A stretch of 64,000 nt of DNA from the NCBI GenBank assembly GCA_965649765.1, contig OZ287748.1:106206001-106270000 (forward strand). Direction: 5' to 3'. The DNA is from Bispira polyomma (taxonomy: Eukaryota). Of this stretch, positions 36,914-49,510 are shown piece by piece (position 1 is the first letter of the stretch; every line of letters starts with the position of its first letter). The notes below the pieces were generated by a model. That model did not search any database and was not told the DNA's origin. It saw only the letters and a list, made by a program, of their open reading frames with translations. The position numbers were made by a program, and so were the translations under genes.

Positions 36914-38330
36914 CTACTGCAGTGGCTGTGGAGGATGCTGTGACTGTGATGCGGAGGTGATGCTGGGTGGTGGCAGTGAAAGCGTTACAAGCTGTTGTTG
37001 CTGATCACTGGCTTGTTGTAGTGTGAGCGTTCTAAGCTGTTGTTGCTGATCACAAGCTGGTTGTGTTGTGAACGTTCCAAGCTTTTGTTGCTGATTACCG
37101 GCTGGTTGTATTGTGAGCATTCCATGCTGTTGTTGCTGATTACCGGTTGGTTGTATTGTGAGCGTTCCAAGCTTTTGTTGCTGATTACCGGCTGGTTGTA
37201 TTGTCAGCGTTCAAAGCTTTTGCTGCTGATTACCGTCTGGTTGTATTGTGAGCGTTCCATGCTTTTGTTGCTGATTACCGGCTGGTTGTAGTGTTAGCGT
37301 TCAAAGCTGTTGTTGCTGATTACCGGTTGATTGTATTGTGAGCGTTCCAAGCTTCTTTTGCTGATTACCGGCTGGTTGTAGTGTGAGTGTTCCATGCTTT
37401 TGTTGCTGATTACCGGCTGGTTATAGTGTTAGCGTTCCAAGCTGTTGTTCATTGTGTTGTTGAAATCATGCCAGGTGTTGGACTCAGGAGCTGTTCATAT
37501 CCGATAGCTGTTAAGTCTGTGTTAAAACATTTGAAAAAAAACTGGAAATAAATGTGGTGTTGTGTGTTGTGTCATCATATGTGGAGGCATTCGACGGTAG
37601 GCTGGACTGTTTGCTGGGTGATGGTCTGACCAGTTTTACCTGCTTGGTTGTCCCTGTGGCCTCATTCAGAATGAAGTATGGTATCTTTGGACGTGGCTGC
37701 AGGTCACCCTGTAAGACCTGCAGCTTGGCAGTCAGGGAGGTCGACGCTGTATCCACATAAACAACTTGATGTTGAGGCACATAGGTTAAAACTGCAGGTG
37801 TGGTGTGGTTCTGGTAAAAGCACTACGTTGGTGACTTTTGTCTCGCTGAATTTTACTGAGTGTGAAAAATGTCTTATTTGTAAATATCTGAAAATCACAC
37901 TCATCTAGCTTCTCTGCCTCAGCAGTCAAGTACTAGAAAAACACTGCCCTGTTGGACTGTGGCTGCTCAAGCTTATGTGTCTTGAGCACAAAACTAGACA
38001 TCATGCTGTACATCTGTCCCAGGTGCTCCATCAGCTGGGTGCTGATGTCAGAGTCCTGACAGGGTGGAGAAGGTCTGTGATTACTTCTAAGACTGGTATG
38101 TGAGGGGGCTGTGTCCACCAATACTTGAACACCTGGACAGATCCTGGATCTTGGTTTGTCTCTGTGGAGAGTCTGAAGCTTCCTGGGTTGACGTGACACT
38201 AGGCTTGAATGCTGAAAACAAACAACAAAATCAACTACATACTCCTTGTTGGCCTCAGTGAGTACCACGTGGACCATCTTGCCTGTAGTCTTCACTCTCC
38301 CTCTGAACTAAAACTACTTTATTGACTCCT
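36914..38330 (-). pseudogene. Decayed ORF, possibly the accessory (Myb/MADF-like) gene of a PIF/Harbinger element
   Basis: Broken frame: VLTEANKEYVVDF...FQHSSLVSRQPRK...QSNRAVFF*YLTAEAEKLDECDFQIFTNKTFFTL, then a Q/P/T-rich tail. Possible TIR-like end near 38866-38888. Family assignment is from resemblance only. Confidence 0.35.
36980..37450. repeat. 45-bp minisatellite, ~10 copies
   Basis: Unit ctgattaccggctggttgtattgtgagcgttccaagcttttgttg. Minus strand reads QQKLGTLTIQPAGNQ. Confidence 0.92.
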
Positions 38331-40721
38331 CTCTGTCACTCTATTCTTTCTCGATTTCACTCAGTGCTGGGCTAGCCCTCTCATCTCTCCTCTTCAGTCT
38401 GGGTCTCTGAATCTTCCTAATGATTGTATGATTCCCCCGTTCGATCGTTAAGCTCCCAAGGCAGATCCTATAGTCAATACGTTCTGTCCTGGCCAGTTTG
38501 ATCGGGGAAAAAAGTATCACATCCAAGTTCTAATGGGGTGACAATATGTTCGATCGGGGGGACAATTCTTCAGATTGGGATATTAATAGGTTTCATTCTA
38601 ACACTAGCCCGTTCTGTTCTACCCAAATAGGGGAAATAGGATCAAACGGGCCAGTGTTAGGACAGACCTGAAGTGCGATAAAACCTATCCGACAAAATGT
38701 ATTGACAATATGATCAAACATTCACAAATACGTTTTGGAAGTCGGGCAGGCTAGTCCTGGGGACTTTTGGAAAATATCAAACATGCTGGATTTCCTGCAT
38801 TTTGGTTAACCGGACTATACGAAAACTCCCCAAACCTCAAAATTGAGAAGGTCGGGGACCAAATTGGCAATGTAGAACCGCAACTTAAGAAGTTATGCAG
38901 CTCTATATTAATTATTTTTTACAATAATATATTAAGATGATTTTATGTTCTGTCTCCTGTTGAATATGAAACATGTTATAATTGCTGATATAAAACACTG
39001 TAAGTAGAAGGAAATAAATGTTAATCACAAACATAATATTTGTTACTATATGTGGAATGAAGTAAAAAAATCTGAATCACTGTCTTCGCACGTATTAATC
39101 ACTGGTCAATATTTTTTTATAAAATTAAATAATTACAATAGTTTAGGCACTTTTGCACCTTTTGAGGACTCTTATTATTGAAGACAACAACCTACTTAAA
39201 TTACACTCTAAACAGAGTCCTGCACCAGTTGAATAAAATATACTTTCCCTTAGTTTATGGTCTAGCACTCCACCACACTGTTAGCAAAAATGACACAGCT
39301 GTAATTGACAGTGTTAAATAGTAGAAATTTAAAAAAATAGAAATTGCAGAAATTATGCAATGCTTTCTTGCTTGGCCCATGCAATAAGTGCTCCACCAAC
39401 TTTGGTCAGAATCAGTTTGATTGTCTTTCTGTAATTGTGCGAACAATTTAAACTAACAACAGACATGGTTGAAGCCATAACATTCTTGATGATGTGAAGA
39501 AGAAACCAAATACACCTCAGAGACATATCCTTGATATAGGTCCTTGAGAACTCGGCATTGTCTTTTGCTTTTTCAACATTTATTTTTATCTTTTTATTTC
39601 TGACATATACATTAGCACAATTCACAGGAACACTTTCTTACAATACAAAAAAACCCCAACAAAAACAAGATACAAATACCCTGTTCCCTGTTAAAAGGTA
39701 CGTAAGTGTACAATCTTTTTCATTAATCACAAAATTTCAATATTTCACACTTTGGTAAGCTATAGAAATTGACATCTTAAACTTAAATACTCATGTATGT
39801 ATATTTATGTAGCGACTATCCCAATTAAATCTATATTTTGTAAAATTTGCTTCACTTCATGGTCAGTTCCCTCAAATGATCCAGTAAATATAACATTATA
39901 TATTTTGAATTTTCTCTTGATAATATGTCTAAATTCTAGAAAAATTATACTTTTTTTGTCTTGCAATGATTTATGTAGCACTTACCATAGACTATGACAA
40001 AGTTTATAGCGGCATTAGCTGGTATTACTTTTCCTGTCAATCCAATGCCCAATAATACTTCACAAATTGACAGTTTAATCCTAGGTTTAATATTTAAGGC
40101 CTCTGAAACCAACTTTCAACCAGCTTCCAAAATTGTTTGTTATATGCACACAAATAAATATGATGCTCTAATGTCTGGACAAAAGGGCAAAAATTGCAAA
40201 ATGGGTTTTCTCTAATATTTCATTTAGACAAATTGTAGTTACAGTTTAAGGTTCTATTAACAATCTTATACTGGAATGTTTGTAACTATGTTTCCAACAC
40301 CCTCACCACTAGACCAGGATTACACGTGTACTTTTTGGTAATTTTGTATCAGAGGTATACGCTCCACTGAGAACTGTTATAATTGGTTTTATATTTGTAG
40401 ATATGTGTGTGGGTGTTTTTTATGTTTCTTTATTTATAATGAATTTTTACATTACGTCTGTATACACCCATTACATGTCCATGTTACATTACAAAAGAAC
40501 TGCATTATCTTTCAAGTTGGTCACTTGTTAACACGTTAACAGTCTCTCATTGTCTTCTACAACAATACTTGTCCAGGTTCACTGATAAGACACATGATGT
40601 CAAATATTCTTCAAAATAGCCAAAACTTAGCCAAAGGTCTCTATTTGACCAGCCACTTTATCCTCAGGTTGACATACCTTGCTTTTTTGTGAGTATATTC
40701 AAGTATTGATGTTTCTATTGA

Positions 40722-40729
40722 TATATAAG
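40722..40729 (+). promoter_or_regulatory. Possible TATA box upstream of the receptor gene
   Basis: TATATAAG about 90 nt upstream of ATG 40818. Weak evidence in AT-rich DNA. Confidence 0.25.
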
Positions 40730-40817
40730 TAGGTCAAATAATTTTGCGTAGTTTCTGTGTTTTGATCAAACATATATATCCACTCTAACATACTAGAAGA
40801 GTTAGAAGTCAGCAAGC

Positions 40818-40893
40818 ATGGCAAGTGTAAAAGTAAGAATTACCACAAGGATAGCATCCTGTCTTCTGGTTGTGATGATTTTATTAGTAACAG
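40818..40893 (+). CDS. Exon 1 (signal peptide) of ChtBD2-mucin-TM receptor-like gene
   Basis: agcATGG start context. MASVKVRITTRIASCLLVVMILLVT + G, donor GTAATT at 40894. 76 nt, phase 1. Joins 44762 to give ...LLVTDAVS|KSPC. Confidence 0.75.
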
Positions 40894-41109
40894 GTAATTA
40901 TGACAACGGTTGCTATTGCTTTATTTTTTTCTAACAAACGAAACAACAGAAACAGGCAAAAACATCCATGGCGGTGTTAATCATGACAATATTAGTAATT
41001 TTGACAGAAGGCTGGAAACGTTTGTTGTCGATAATACTTTTTAATATTTTCTTAGTAGTGCGGGAGACAATATTTGGCTTATTTGGCCACAAATTGTTAT
41101 TATCTTTAT

Positions 41110-41720
41110 GAATTTTTAAAGTGCTTTATTGATGCTAGGCATTTGTTAAAGGGCAACAGCAGAATCCAATCGTCAAGTCTATGAGCATAGTAGAGTTGTA
41201 AGGAAAGAAGTGGGAGTGTACATAAAGGAAGCTAAGGTGGGTAGGCAGAATTGAAAAGAGAGGTTTTAAGCTTTTTTCTAAAACCGATGAGTGTATCAAC
41301 TGATCTGAGGTCAACTGGGATACTGTTCCATAACAAAGGAGAACACTCTGGATCCCGCCTTCCTAAAGGGTCTGACCAAAGAAACAGAGAGTCTGTTGCC
41401 TCTCTTACGGTTACTGAAAGTGAGAAGGGAAGAGAAGTAGGAGGGCTTTTGAGTGACTATGGCCTTAAAAGTGGAAACAAAATGCAGGATTGAATGGGCA
41501 GCCGGTGTAATGTTTTGAGGTAAAGATTGACGTCTGTACGACTTCCTAGGCGAAAAATAACCCTGCATAAGTAGTTTTGAATGGACTGGAGCTTTTTAAT
41601 CTGTGACTTGTTTACTCTGTACAGAAGAGAGTTGCAGTAGTCAAGGCGGCTGTTCAGAAGGGCGTTAGCCACAGTTATCGCTGTGTCCATTAGCAGGTGG
41701 TTTCGGATTCTTTTGTGTTG
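41110..41720 (-). mobile_element. L2/CR1-group LINE 3' fragment
   Basis: VANALLNSRLDYCNSLLY...LQSIQN...LKTLHRLPI. Confidence 0.85.
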
Positions 41721-42338
41721 TTATGAAGTCTAAAATTTTTCATCTGGACTGTTTCAAAGTACCTCTGCATGGAAACAAAGTGCCTCTGCATAAAACAAAA
41801 TAAATTTGCAACCAGAAAAGTTGCAGTCTAGTTTCTGTTCATATTGTGATATGGTATCGAACAGACTTCAAGTTTTTCTTGACTAATGCCACTGTATCTT
41901 TAATTGTTGCTTCTATCATAAAACAAAGTAAGTGAAATTATCTGACATTATTCTATCCTTGACCTTTATGAAGGTTTAGGCATTGCAATGTCCACCTTAC
42001 CCGGCTCCAAATTTGGTTAGAAATAAGGCCAGACGCAAAGGTACACAGAGAGGTCAAATGGTTATGAAAACAGGGAAACAATTCATTGATGAATATTTAC
42101 TTTAGTTACATGATAGCTTCAGAGAGTGTTATGTTCTAAACTAATTTTCATTTCGATATCTGATCTACAATATAAGGTATTATGTAGAGTACACTAAGTT
42201 GACCATAACTTTGGGTACACATGTAGAGCCTGAACTAGGTAAGGAAGTTTTAACTGAAGGTTAAATAACACTGGTAAAAATGTAAGGTGACAATAACTTA
42301 AAAAGTATACTTGCTATAAATAGTCAATCTACTAACAG

Positions 42339-42642
42339 GATAGTTCAAGTTACAGAGTAACTTAGACGAAAGGAGTCAAGACTAGTTTTAAGAGGTAACG
42401 AAACAAAGTATGGCATCAACTTATTGACGTGCCAGTAAACGAGTACTATGTTAATCACTAAATGAATATGTATGGGGGCAGCAAATCCCTAGATAGTTCA
42501 AGTTACAGAGTAGCTTAGACGAAAGGAGTCAAGACTAGTTTTAAGAGGTAACGAAACAAAGTATGGCATCAACTTATTGACGTGCCAGTAAACGAGTACT
42601 ATGTTAATCACTAAATGAATATGTATGGGGGCAGCAAATCCC
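42339..42642. repeat. 153-bp direct tandem duplication
   Basis: gatagttcaagttacagag...ggggcagcaaatccc occurs at 42339 and 42492 with about one substitution. Confidence 0.92.
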
Positions 42643-44049
42643 AAACACAAAGAATATGACCATTCAAAAAGTAGGCATTGAAACCAGAGAGTGACAGATT
42701 GGCCTGCCTACTGAGTCTGTACAATATACAGGTTCCCTGAAGCTTTTAATGATGAAGGTCAAATTACAATTGTTATGTCTAGGTCAGACATACATGTAGC
42801 TCTGGATACCTCCACGGTTTAACATGGAACTTTGAAATCATCGCTAAAATGTGATTAATTTCACTCAAAGAAAGTGACTTATTGTAATGTTCATCATTTA
42901 AAAATTATTCACAGAGGTAGCAAAATCATTGTAAATAGTGTTCTTTGTTTCATAAACGTTGCACGCATAATCACCTCACGATAGTTTGTAGTCGAACCAA
43001 TTAAGGCTGTACGTAGTGTTAATGTTCATGCAAGGTTGGTAAAACAGTAATCGACACAAAGTTTTTTCAGATGACCCCTACTCTTAAAACTCTAAACCCC
43101 TAGCTTCTAATAAGACACCACTGTGTTTGCCAGATTGTTGTGTAACATTACAGATGTTGGGTAATGCCACTACATGTGGTGATCAACACACAAATATCTG
43201 CACATTCTTACCTTGATTGGTGTGATAATATCTTTGGGCAAGATATGGACACTGCCTACTAATGACGACCAAGGAGCTTTCTTGTGACACGTGTTTACTT
43301 CTCTTCGCCGCATGACCATAGTTGTATCTTCAGTCTGTGGTTAGCACAAGCCAAATTTGCATTGTTCGACTTTAGTGTCAGCACACCCTTGGTCCATACA
43401 AATCTATTTGTTATGTTATTAGTCACAGCACTTTGTCTTCAAGTTTTATTAAGACAGCTGCTGTACTAAGTTAACATGTATCCATTAACCACATATGTCA
43501 CCCCACCAATGAGCCTTTCATTCTATAGACCTGGCACAAACATGTCCAAAATGACATCAACGTTGTCTTGGATATAAATTGGATGGCTGCTTAAACCCTC
43601 CTTGATTAGTTAATCACATTGGACACAATTGGTCACAATATACTCATTGGATGTTTAAATTCTTCGTTTGTCAATGTCCGTGCTCCAGTGGAGTGCATCA
43701 TATCTAGCCTATTATAGCGAAATCATCGCAGTTGGTGAAACTAAGTTATAACCTTTCAATTAGCCCTTTCCTACTAGGTTCTTTCAAATTCCTTAGATTT
43801 CTTCTATTCTCATTGTATCCAAGTTAGAAATGTAAGTTCGTCACACAACAGTATTAGCTATAGCACGTCCACACAGATGATACTCATATCTACAGCTCTC
43901 TCAGTTTTAAAAACTGTTCTGAATTTTTGTTCAATTTAATCTAGGACGAGGCTGTACTCGATAAAACAAAATTATTACTGCTCAATAATTTATTGCTTAT
44001 AATCTAGGAGTCAATTTCTTATTTATCTTTCAAAAACCATGTTTCAATC

Positions 44050-44340
44050 AACACATGTTGTGTGCCATCTGGGATCTCCTTTTTCTCCAAAGGCTTCATT
44101 GGCTACCTGTGAAGTACCACATCATTTTCAAGACCAATGTTACTACATACAAAGGTATAAACCTATGTCAGCCCCCATATCTTGCCTTATTATGGTCTTT
44201 CAACAGGCTTAATAGGGAAAGAGAATTTCAGTCTCTGATACCAGAGCTAGTAAACAGACTATGGAATAATTTACCAACCGATATATGATCCCAGGAAAAC
44301 CCTCTTTGGCTTCAGAAGTAACATTAAGACTCTCACGAAT
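44050..44340 (+). mobile_element. L2/CR1-group LINE small fragment
   Basis: LQRLHWLPVKYHIIFKTNVTTYK...RLWNNLP. Confidence 0.75.
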
Positions 44341-44761
44341 TTGCTTTGGAAACAGACTGTGACTTTTATAACTTCAAGATACAATTTTGATGTCTTTAAT
44401 TTTAAGACTATATCCATGTTCAACAACCAGCCTACTTATGGATGGCATAATCTCTCTGACGGTATCATTACTGAAACAAAGATTACAGGCTTTTGCAATC
44501 AACTCACTTTTCTGGTCATAGCATATATCTACCGTGTGTGAGTGGACTCTGATTCCAAATATTTTACTTCTATCAGGCCACGCTTAGATGTCCAGAGCAT
44601 GGTTGGACATCGACTATAAAGCTATAAAAGTTTAAAATTAGGGGTCAGCTAAATACCTCTATTAGGAGTTCCCTAACAACTTACACTTATGATTAAACCA
44701 AAATTAACATTGTTCATAATAGTAGTTTATACCAGTTAACATTCTTAATCTGTACTTCCAG

Positions 44762-45010
44762 ATGCTGTCTCAAAATCGCCCTGTACCATTGACCCCTGTG
44801 ACAAACCACCCTTCTGTTCTGATGGTGAAATGACAGGTAATGTAGAGGACTGTGGTACATTCTATCAATGTGTATTCAATGGCTGGAATGTCCAATCTTG
44901 TGGTGGCCCTACCCTGGGCTTTGACGTGAACACCTGCCTGTGTACCTATTTGACTGAGGCACACTGTGCAACCTGTAACAGCTCTAGTCCTGATGGCACA
45001 GTCCCACCAG
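44762..45010 (+). CDS. Exon 2 of receptor-like gene: ChtBD2 domain 1
   Basis: Acceptor cttccAG (44760-44761), donor GTATGT (45011), 249 nt, phase 1-1. ...FCSDGEMTGNVEDCGTFYQCVFNGWNVQSCGGPTLGFDVNTCLCTYLTEAHC... Confidence 0.87.
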
Positions 45011-45808
45011 GTATGTGTACACCAATATCTTCTCAACTGAAACTACACTGAGTTTTATATGCCAGCTCAGCCATGGCCATAAAGTGATAGACAGTCTTTG
45101 ACAGATAGTGTCAATCATAGTTAGTTTAATACATCTTTATGTGTCTGAGATGAAAAACCAGAAAATGAGTCAATTGTAGTTATTCACATGTGTCAATAAT
45201 CACAGAGATCATATTACATGTTTTGTAATGTGTTGCCATTCTCATGTCGGCCTCTGTGGCAATCCCTTTCAAGGGGTGGTGTTCCAGAATATTACAAGCA
45301 GTATTACCTCTGATGCTGCAATTTAATGACCAACGGCCCCAATAAATGTACATGTGTACGAATGTGGCATATTTTATATGACATCACTTGCCTTAGTGTG
45401 TGTAATATTTTTATTTAAAGTTTAGATATAATAGTAAAACTACCTGAGTGGTGTTTAATAAACAAATATTTGACGAAAAGGTCTAAAACATTGAAATATT
45501 CACGGCCATATAAACAAAAAGTAATGACTTGTTACCTTCAAATTTGCTTCAAATACAAACTTCTACCAATCTAAAAATCAGGTTTTGGACACAATAACAT
45601 TGCATAATACTTATATTTTATAGAACTCAAAAGTTTTAAATAGTTCAGTGATTAATTAGTTTACAATGGCCATATTAAAACAATCCCAAAGATAGTCTTT
45701 GTTTCGTGTCAAAAACCTTCTATTATGACGTCACAAAGCACATTTGAAAGGCCAGAAGTACCTTAAAGATTTAACTTCAAATTTGTACTAAGAAGGTACT
45801 AAAAATCC

Positions 45809-45990
45809 AGTTTAATATGTCATTGTGTTGTTTAAGGTTTATATTTTATAATAAACATAGTATTTCTCACTTTACTATCTCAAATATTTAATAAAATGAC
45901 ATTAAAAACAAGTTTAATATGTCATTGTGTTGTTTAAGGTTTATATTTTATAATAAACATAGTATTTCTCACTTTACTATCTCAAATATT
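45809..45990. repeat. ~80-bp direct duplication (period ~102 bp)
   Basis: agtttaatatgtcattgtgttgtttaagg...ctatctcaaatatt occurs twice. Confidence 0.85.
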
Positions 45991-46137
45991 AAAAACAATT
46001 TTCATGTACATTTCCACATGCACAGGCGTCGGGTTCATTGTATCACCCGGTCTGTATTAGCCACGAAAACGTCTTAATAACGTCACAGTGGATAATAAAA
46101 TATCAGAAAACAAACTAAGAGCAGCTTCTGATTTCAG

Positions 46138-47778
46138 GAGCATGTCCTGGTGTACCTGATGTGTGTACAGAAGGACAGCGGTACCCAGACGCTTCTGACT
46201 GTGAGTACTTCTTTGAGTGTACTGGAGGAGAACTGATCCATCAGGAATGTGATCCACCTATACACAGCTGTCTGTTCCCAGCAATGGCCTGTGCCTTTGA
46301 TATTCACAGCTTGGAGTGTGTTAATCCTGACCCTTCCTTTAATTGTGACTACAGATGTCTGACAACTTTACCTTATACTGGAACTACGACAGAACTCAGC
46401 ACAGCAAACATAGAGACTACTGAACCGGTGTTAACTACTATCAAACCAACTACAGAAAATGTAATAACTACTATCCAGCCAACTACAGAAAATGTGATAA
46501 CTACTGTGATCCCTACTACAGAAAATGTAATAACTACTGTCCAACCAACTACAGAAAATGTGATAACTACTACCCAACCAACTACAGAAAATGTGATAAC
46601 TACTATCCAACCAACTACAGAAAATGTGATAACTACTATCATCCCTACTACAGAAAATGTAATAACTACTGTCCAACCAACTACAGAAAATGTAATAACT
46701 ACTGTCCAACCAACTACAGAAAATGTAATAACTACTGTCCAACCAACTACAGAAAATGTGATAACTACTATCATCCCTACTACAGTAAATGTGATAACTA
46801 CTGTCCAACCAACTACAGAAAACGTGATAACTACTATCATCCCTACAACAGATAATGTGATAACTACTATCAAACCAACTACAGAAAATGTAATAACTAC
46901 TATCAAACCAACTACAGAAAATGTGATAACTACTATCCAACCAACTACAGAAAATGTAATAACTACTGTCCAATCAACTACAGAAAATGTGATAACTACT
47001 ATCATCCCTACTACAGAAAATGTGATAACTACTGTCCAACCAACTACAGAAAATGTGATAACTACTATTATCCCTACTACAGAAAATGTGATATCTACTA
47101 TCCAACCAACTACAGAAAATGTAATAACTACTATCAAACCAACTACAGAAAATGTAATAACTACTATCCAACCAACTACAGAAAATGTGATAACTACTAT
47201 CAAACCAACTACAGAAAATGTGATAACTACTACCCAACCAACTACAGAAAATGTGATAACTACTGTCCAACCAACTACAGAAAATGTAATAACTACTATC
47301 AAACCAACTACAGAAAATGTGATAACTACTACCCAACCAACTACAGAAAATGTGATAACTACTGTCCAACCAACTACAGAAAATGTAATAACTACTATCA
47401 AACCAACTACAGAAAATGTGATAACTACTACCCAACCAACTACAGAAAATGTGATAACTACTGTCCAACCAACTACAGAAAATGTGATAATTACTATCCA
47501 ACCAACTACAGAAAATGTAAAAACCACTATTCTACCAACTACAGAAAGTGTGATAACCACTGTTCAACTTACTACAGAAAGTGTGATAACCACTGTTCAA
47601 CCAACTACAGAAAATGTGATAACTACCGAAACACTAACCACAGAGAATATAAAAACAACTGATAAGACAACCACAGAGCATATTGTAACTACTGAGAAAA
47701 TCACTACTGAGAAAATCACTACAGATACCAGTGAAGTTGTCATGACAACAACCCTACCTTTGTCTACAACATCAACTG
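46138..47778 (+). CDS. Exon 3 of receptor-like gene: ChtBD2 domain 2 and Thr-rich mucin stalk
   Basis: Acceptor atttcAG (46136-46137), donor GTAAGT (47779), 1641 nt open, phase 1-1. CTEGQRYPDASDCEYFFEC...AFDIHSLEC, then the (QPTTENVITTV/I)n repeat. Confidence 0.92.
46432..47630 (+). repeat. Coding 33-bp VNTR, ~36 copies (11-aa mucin repeat)
   Basis: ccaaccaactacagaaaatgtgataactactgt units, all in frame with no stop. Confidence 0.95.
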
Positions 47779-48094
47779 GTAAGTGTTACATATAAATGTG
47801 TGTTTGTGTGTAATATTAGGGATTTTTATCTGTCACGTAATTGAACAACACAGTTGTGTAGTAAGCAAAGCAATATGGCGGCGTATGTAAAAAACAATCA
47901 ACAAGAAAAAACATTGATCTTCCTTTGAACTAACGACATGCCACAATCACCCATTCTTTACCTGTAACAAATCATACCTCCATTTATTATGACAACACAG
48001 CTCAAGTATTGAAGCAAATGTCACAATGAACTAATACAACAATGAACTAATACAACAATGAACACATATGGATTGTTTTGCTCTCTGTCTTTGT

Positions 48095-48218
48095 GTGCAG
48101 TCAGTAAAACAGCATCTAGTGTGTGTGTGTAGTCAGTATAACAGCATCTAGTGTGTGTGTGTAGTCAGTATAACAGCATCTAGTGTGTGTGTGTAGTCAG
48201 TATAACAGCATCTAGTGT
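48095..48218. repeat. ~32-bp tandem repeat x3-4 containing (GT)n
   Basis: gtagtcagtataacagcatctagtgtgtgtgt read directly. Confidence 0.85.
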
Positions 48219-49401
48219 ACTTGATTTGTCTCTTTCTTCTCAAGAATGACACTCTTCTCTGTCCTGTCAGTCTGTTTCTTACCATTACAAAGCCTTACTG
48301 TTTTGTGTGTGTGTGTGTGATGTGAGCACTTAAACAGACTTGTTTACACCTGTACCCAGTGGTTCTACAACCTCAACAACAACATGACTACACAACATAC
48401 TGTGTTTGATCAGTGTGTTACACAACAGCTCCAGGTCAAGCAAGGTTATCACACACCACACAACAAGGGTTTATTGAAATACAAGGAGTTTGTGTCTAGG
48501 CTAAAATGATGTGTCATATTTACTTTATCAATTAGGTTATCAGCTTCTATACTGTCAGTATGCCTGTCACTTAAGGTAGTTATTTACCTGTATCTGGACA
48601 GTTACAGATCAATTACACGTTGTTACTGATAAACACAAATTGATTTCTGCAGTTAATTATCTTTATAAATTATTAAGTTTGATGACAAGTTTTATAGATA
48701 TACATCATAGACAAGCATGATTAAAAAATTTAAAAGGCCTTAAATATGTTACATACAATACAATGACTTGCTATTTGACCTGTACTTTTAAGAATATGAT
48801 ACACTCATTTAGCAGGTAAGTAAGATAAGATTTATTCCAATTAATTACTTAAGCAAAAAACAACTACAACTAATCAATATGTGCTGGTGATAGTAAAAAA
48901 CAACAAGTAAATTTGACACAATATACAGTGTCAATCCAGTGTAAAAGGTCACTAAATGTTTAGAGTCTTGTGATATTTGGTGAGGCTGTACTAAATAAAA
49001 AGATATAATATACATCAACTGAGAAATAATAAAATTATATTTTGGGGTGTCGACTGCCTCTTGACAACATACGTTCTGGCTGTCACAAATGCTGTCAAGT
49101 ACTGGCCAACAGCAAAGGGATAGAACTGGTTAATATAAGAGCTCAGACAGAATTAACTACTGAAAAAGGACAATTAAATTCATGTTACATGCAGTCAAAT
49201 GCATTGGCTATATAAATATAAGATTAGAATGGAACACTTCCAATACTCTTTTAAGTTGATATTATCATTATGTCATGAACCGTGTGTAGTGTTATGACTC
49301 CATGTTTTCAGTGTATTGTATTAATATTTATAACCTGCACATTACCTGCACTGTGCTTTTCTTTATTGTACTTTACTTCTTTCCCCTGAATGATTTTTCA
49401 G

Positions 49402-49510
49402 GTACTGATGGGTATCCAGTGGCCTACATGGTTAGTGTGACCAGTGTCTCCCTACTTGTAGTGGTCTGTATCTGTATCATTGTTTACTGTGTCTGCAGAC
49501 GTTCTGACAG
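49402..49510 (+). CDS. Exon 4 of receptor-like gene: transmembrane helix
   Basis: Acceptor tttttcAG (49400-49401), donor GTAGGT (49511), phase 1-2. GTDGYPVAYMVSVTSVSLLVVVCICIIVYCVCRRSD is a hydrophobic run with juxtamembrane Cys and an RR stop-transfer. Confidence 0.88.

Noticed and set aside
46373-47560. 395-aa hydrophobic minus-strand ORF (VVITFSVVGW...) and the DSSYHIFCSW ORFs
   Set aside because: Antisense shadows of the 33-bp mucin VNTR. The plus frame has splice sites and domain context.
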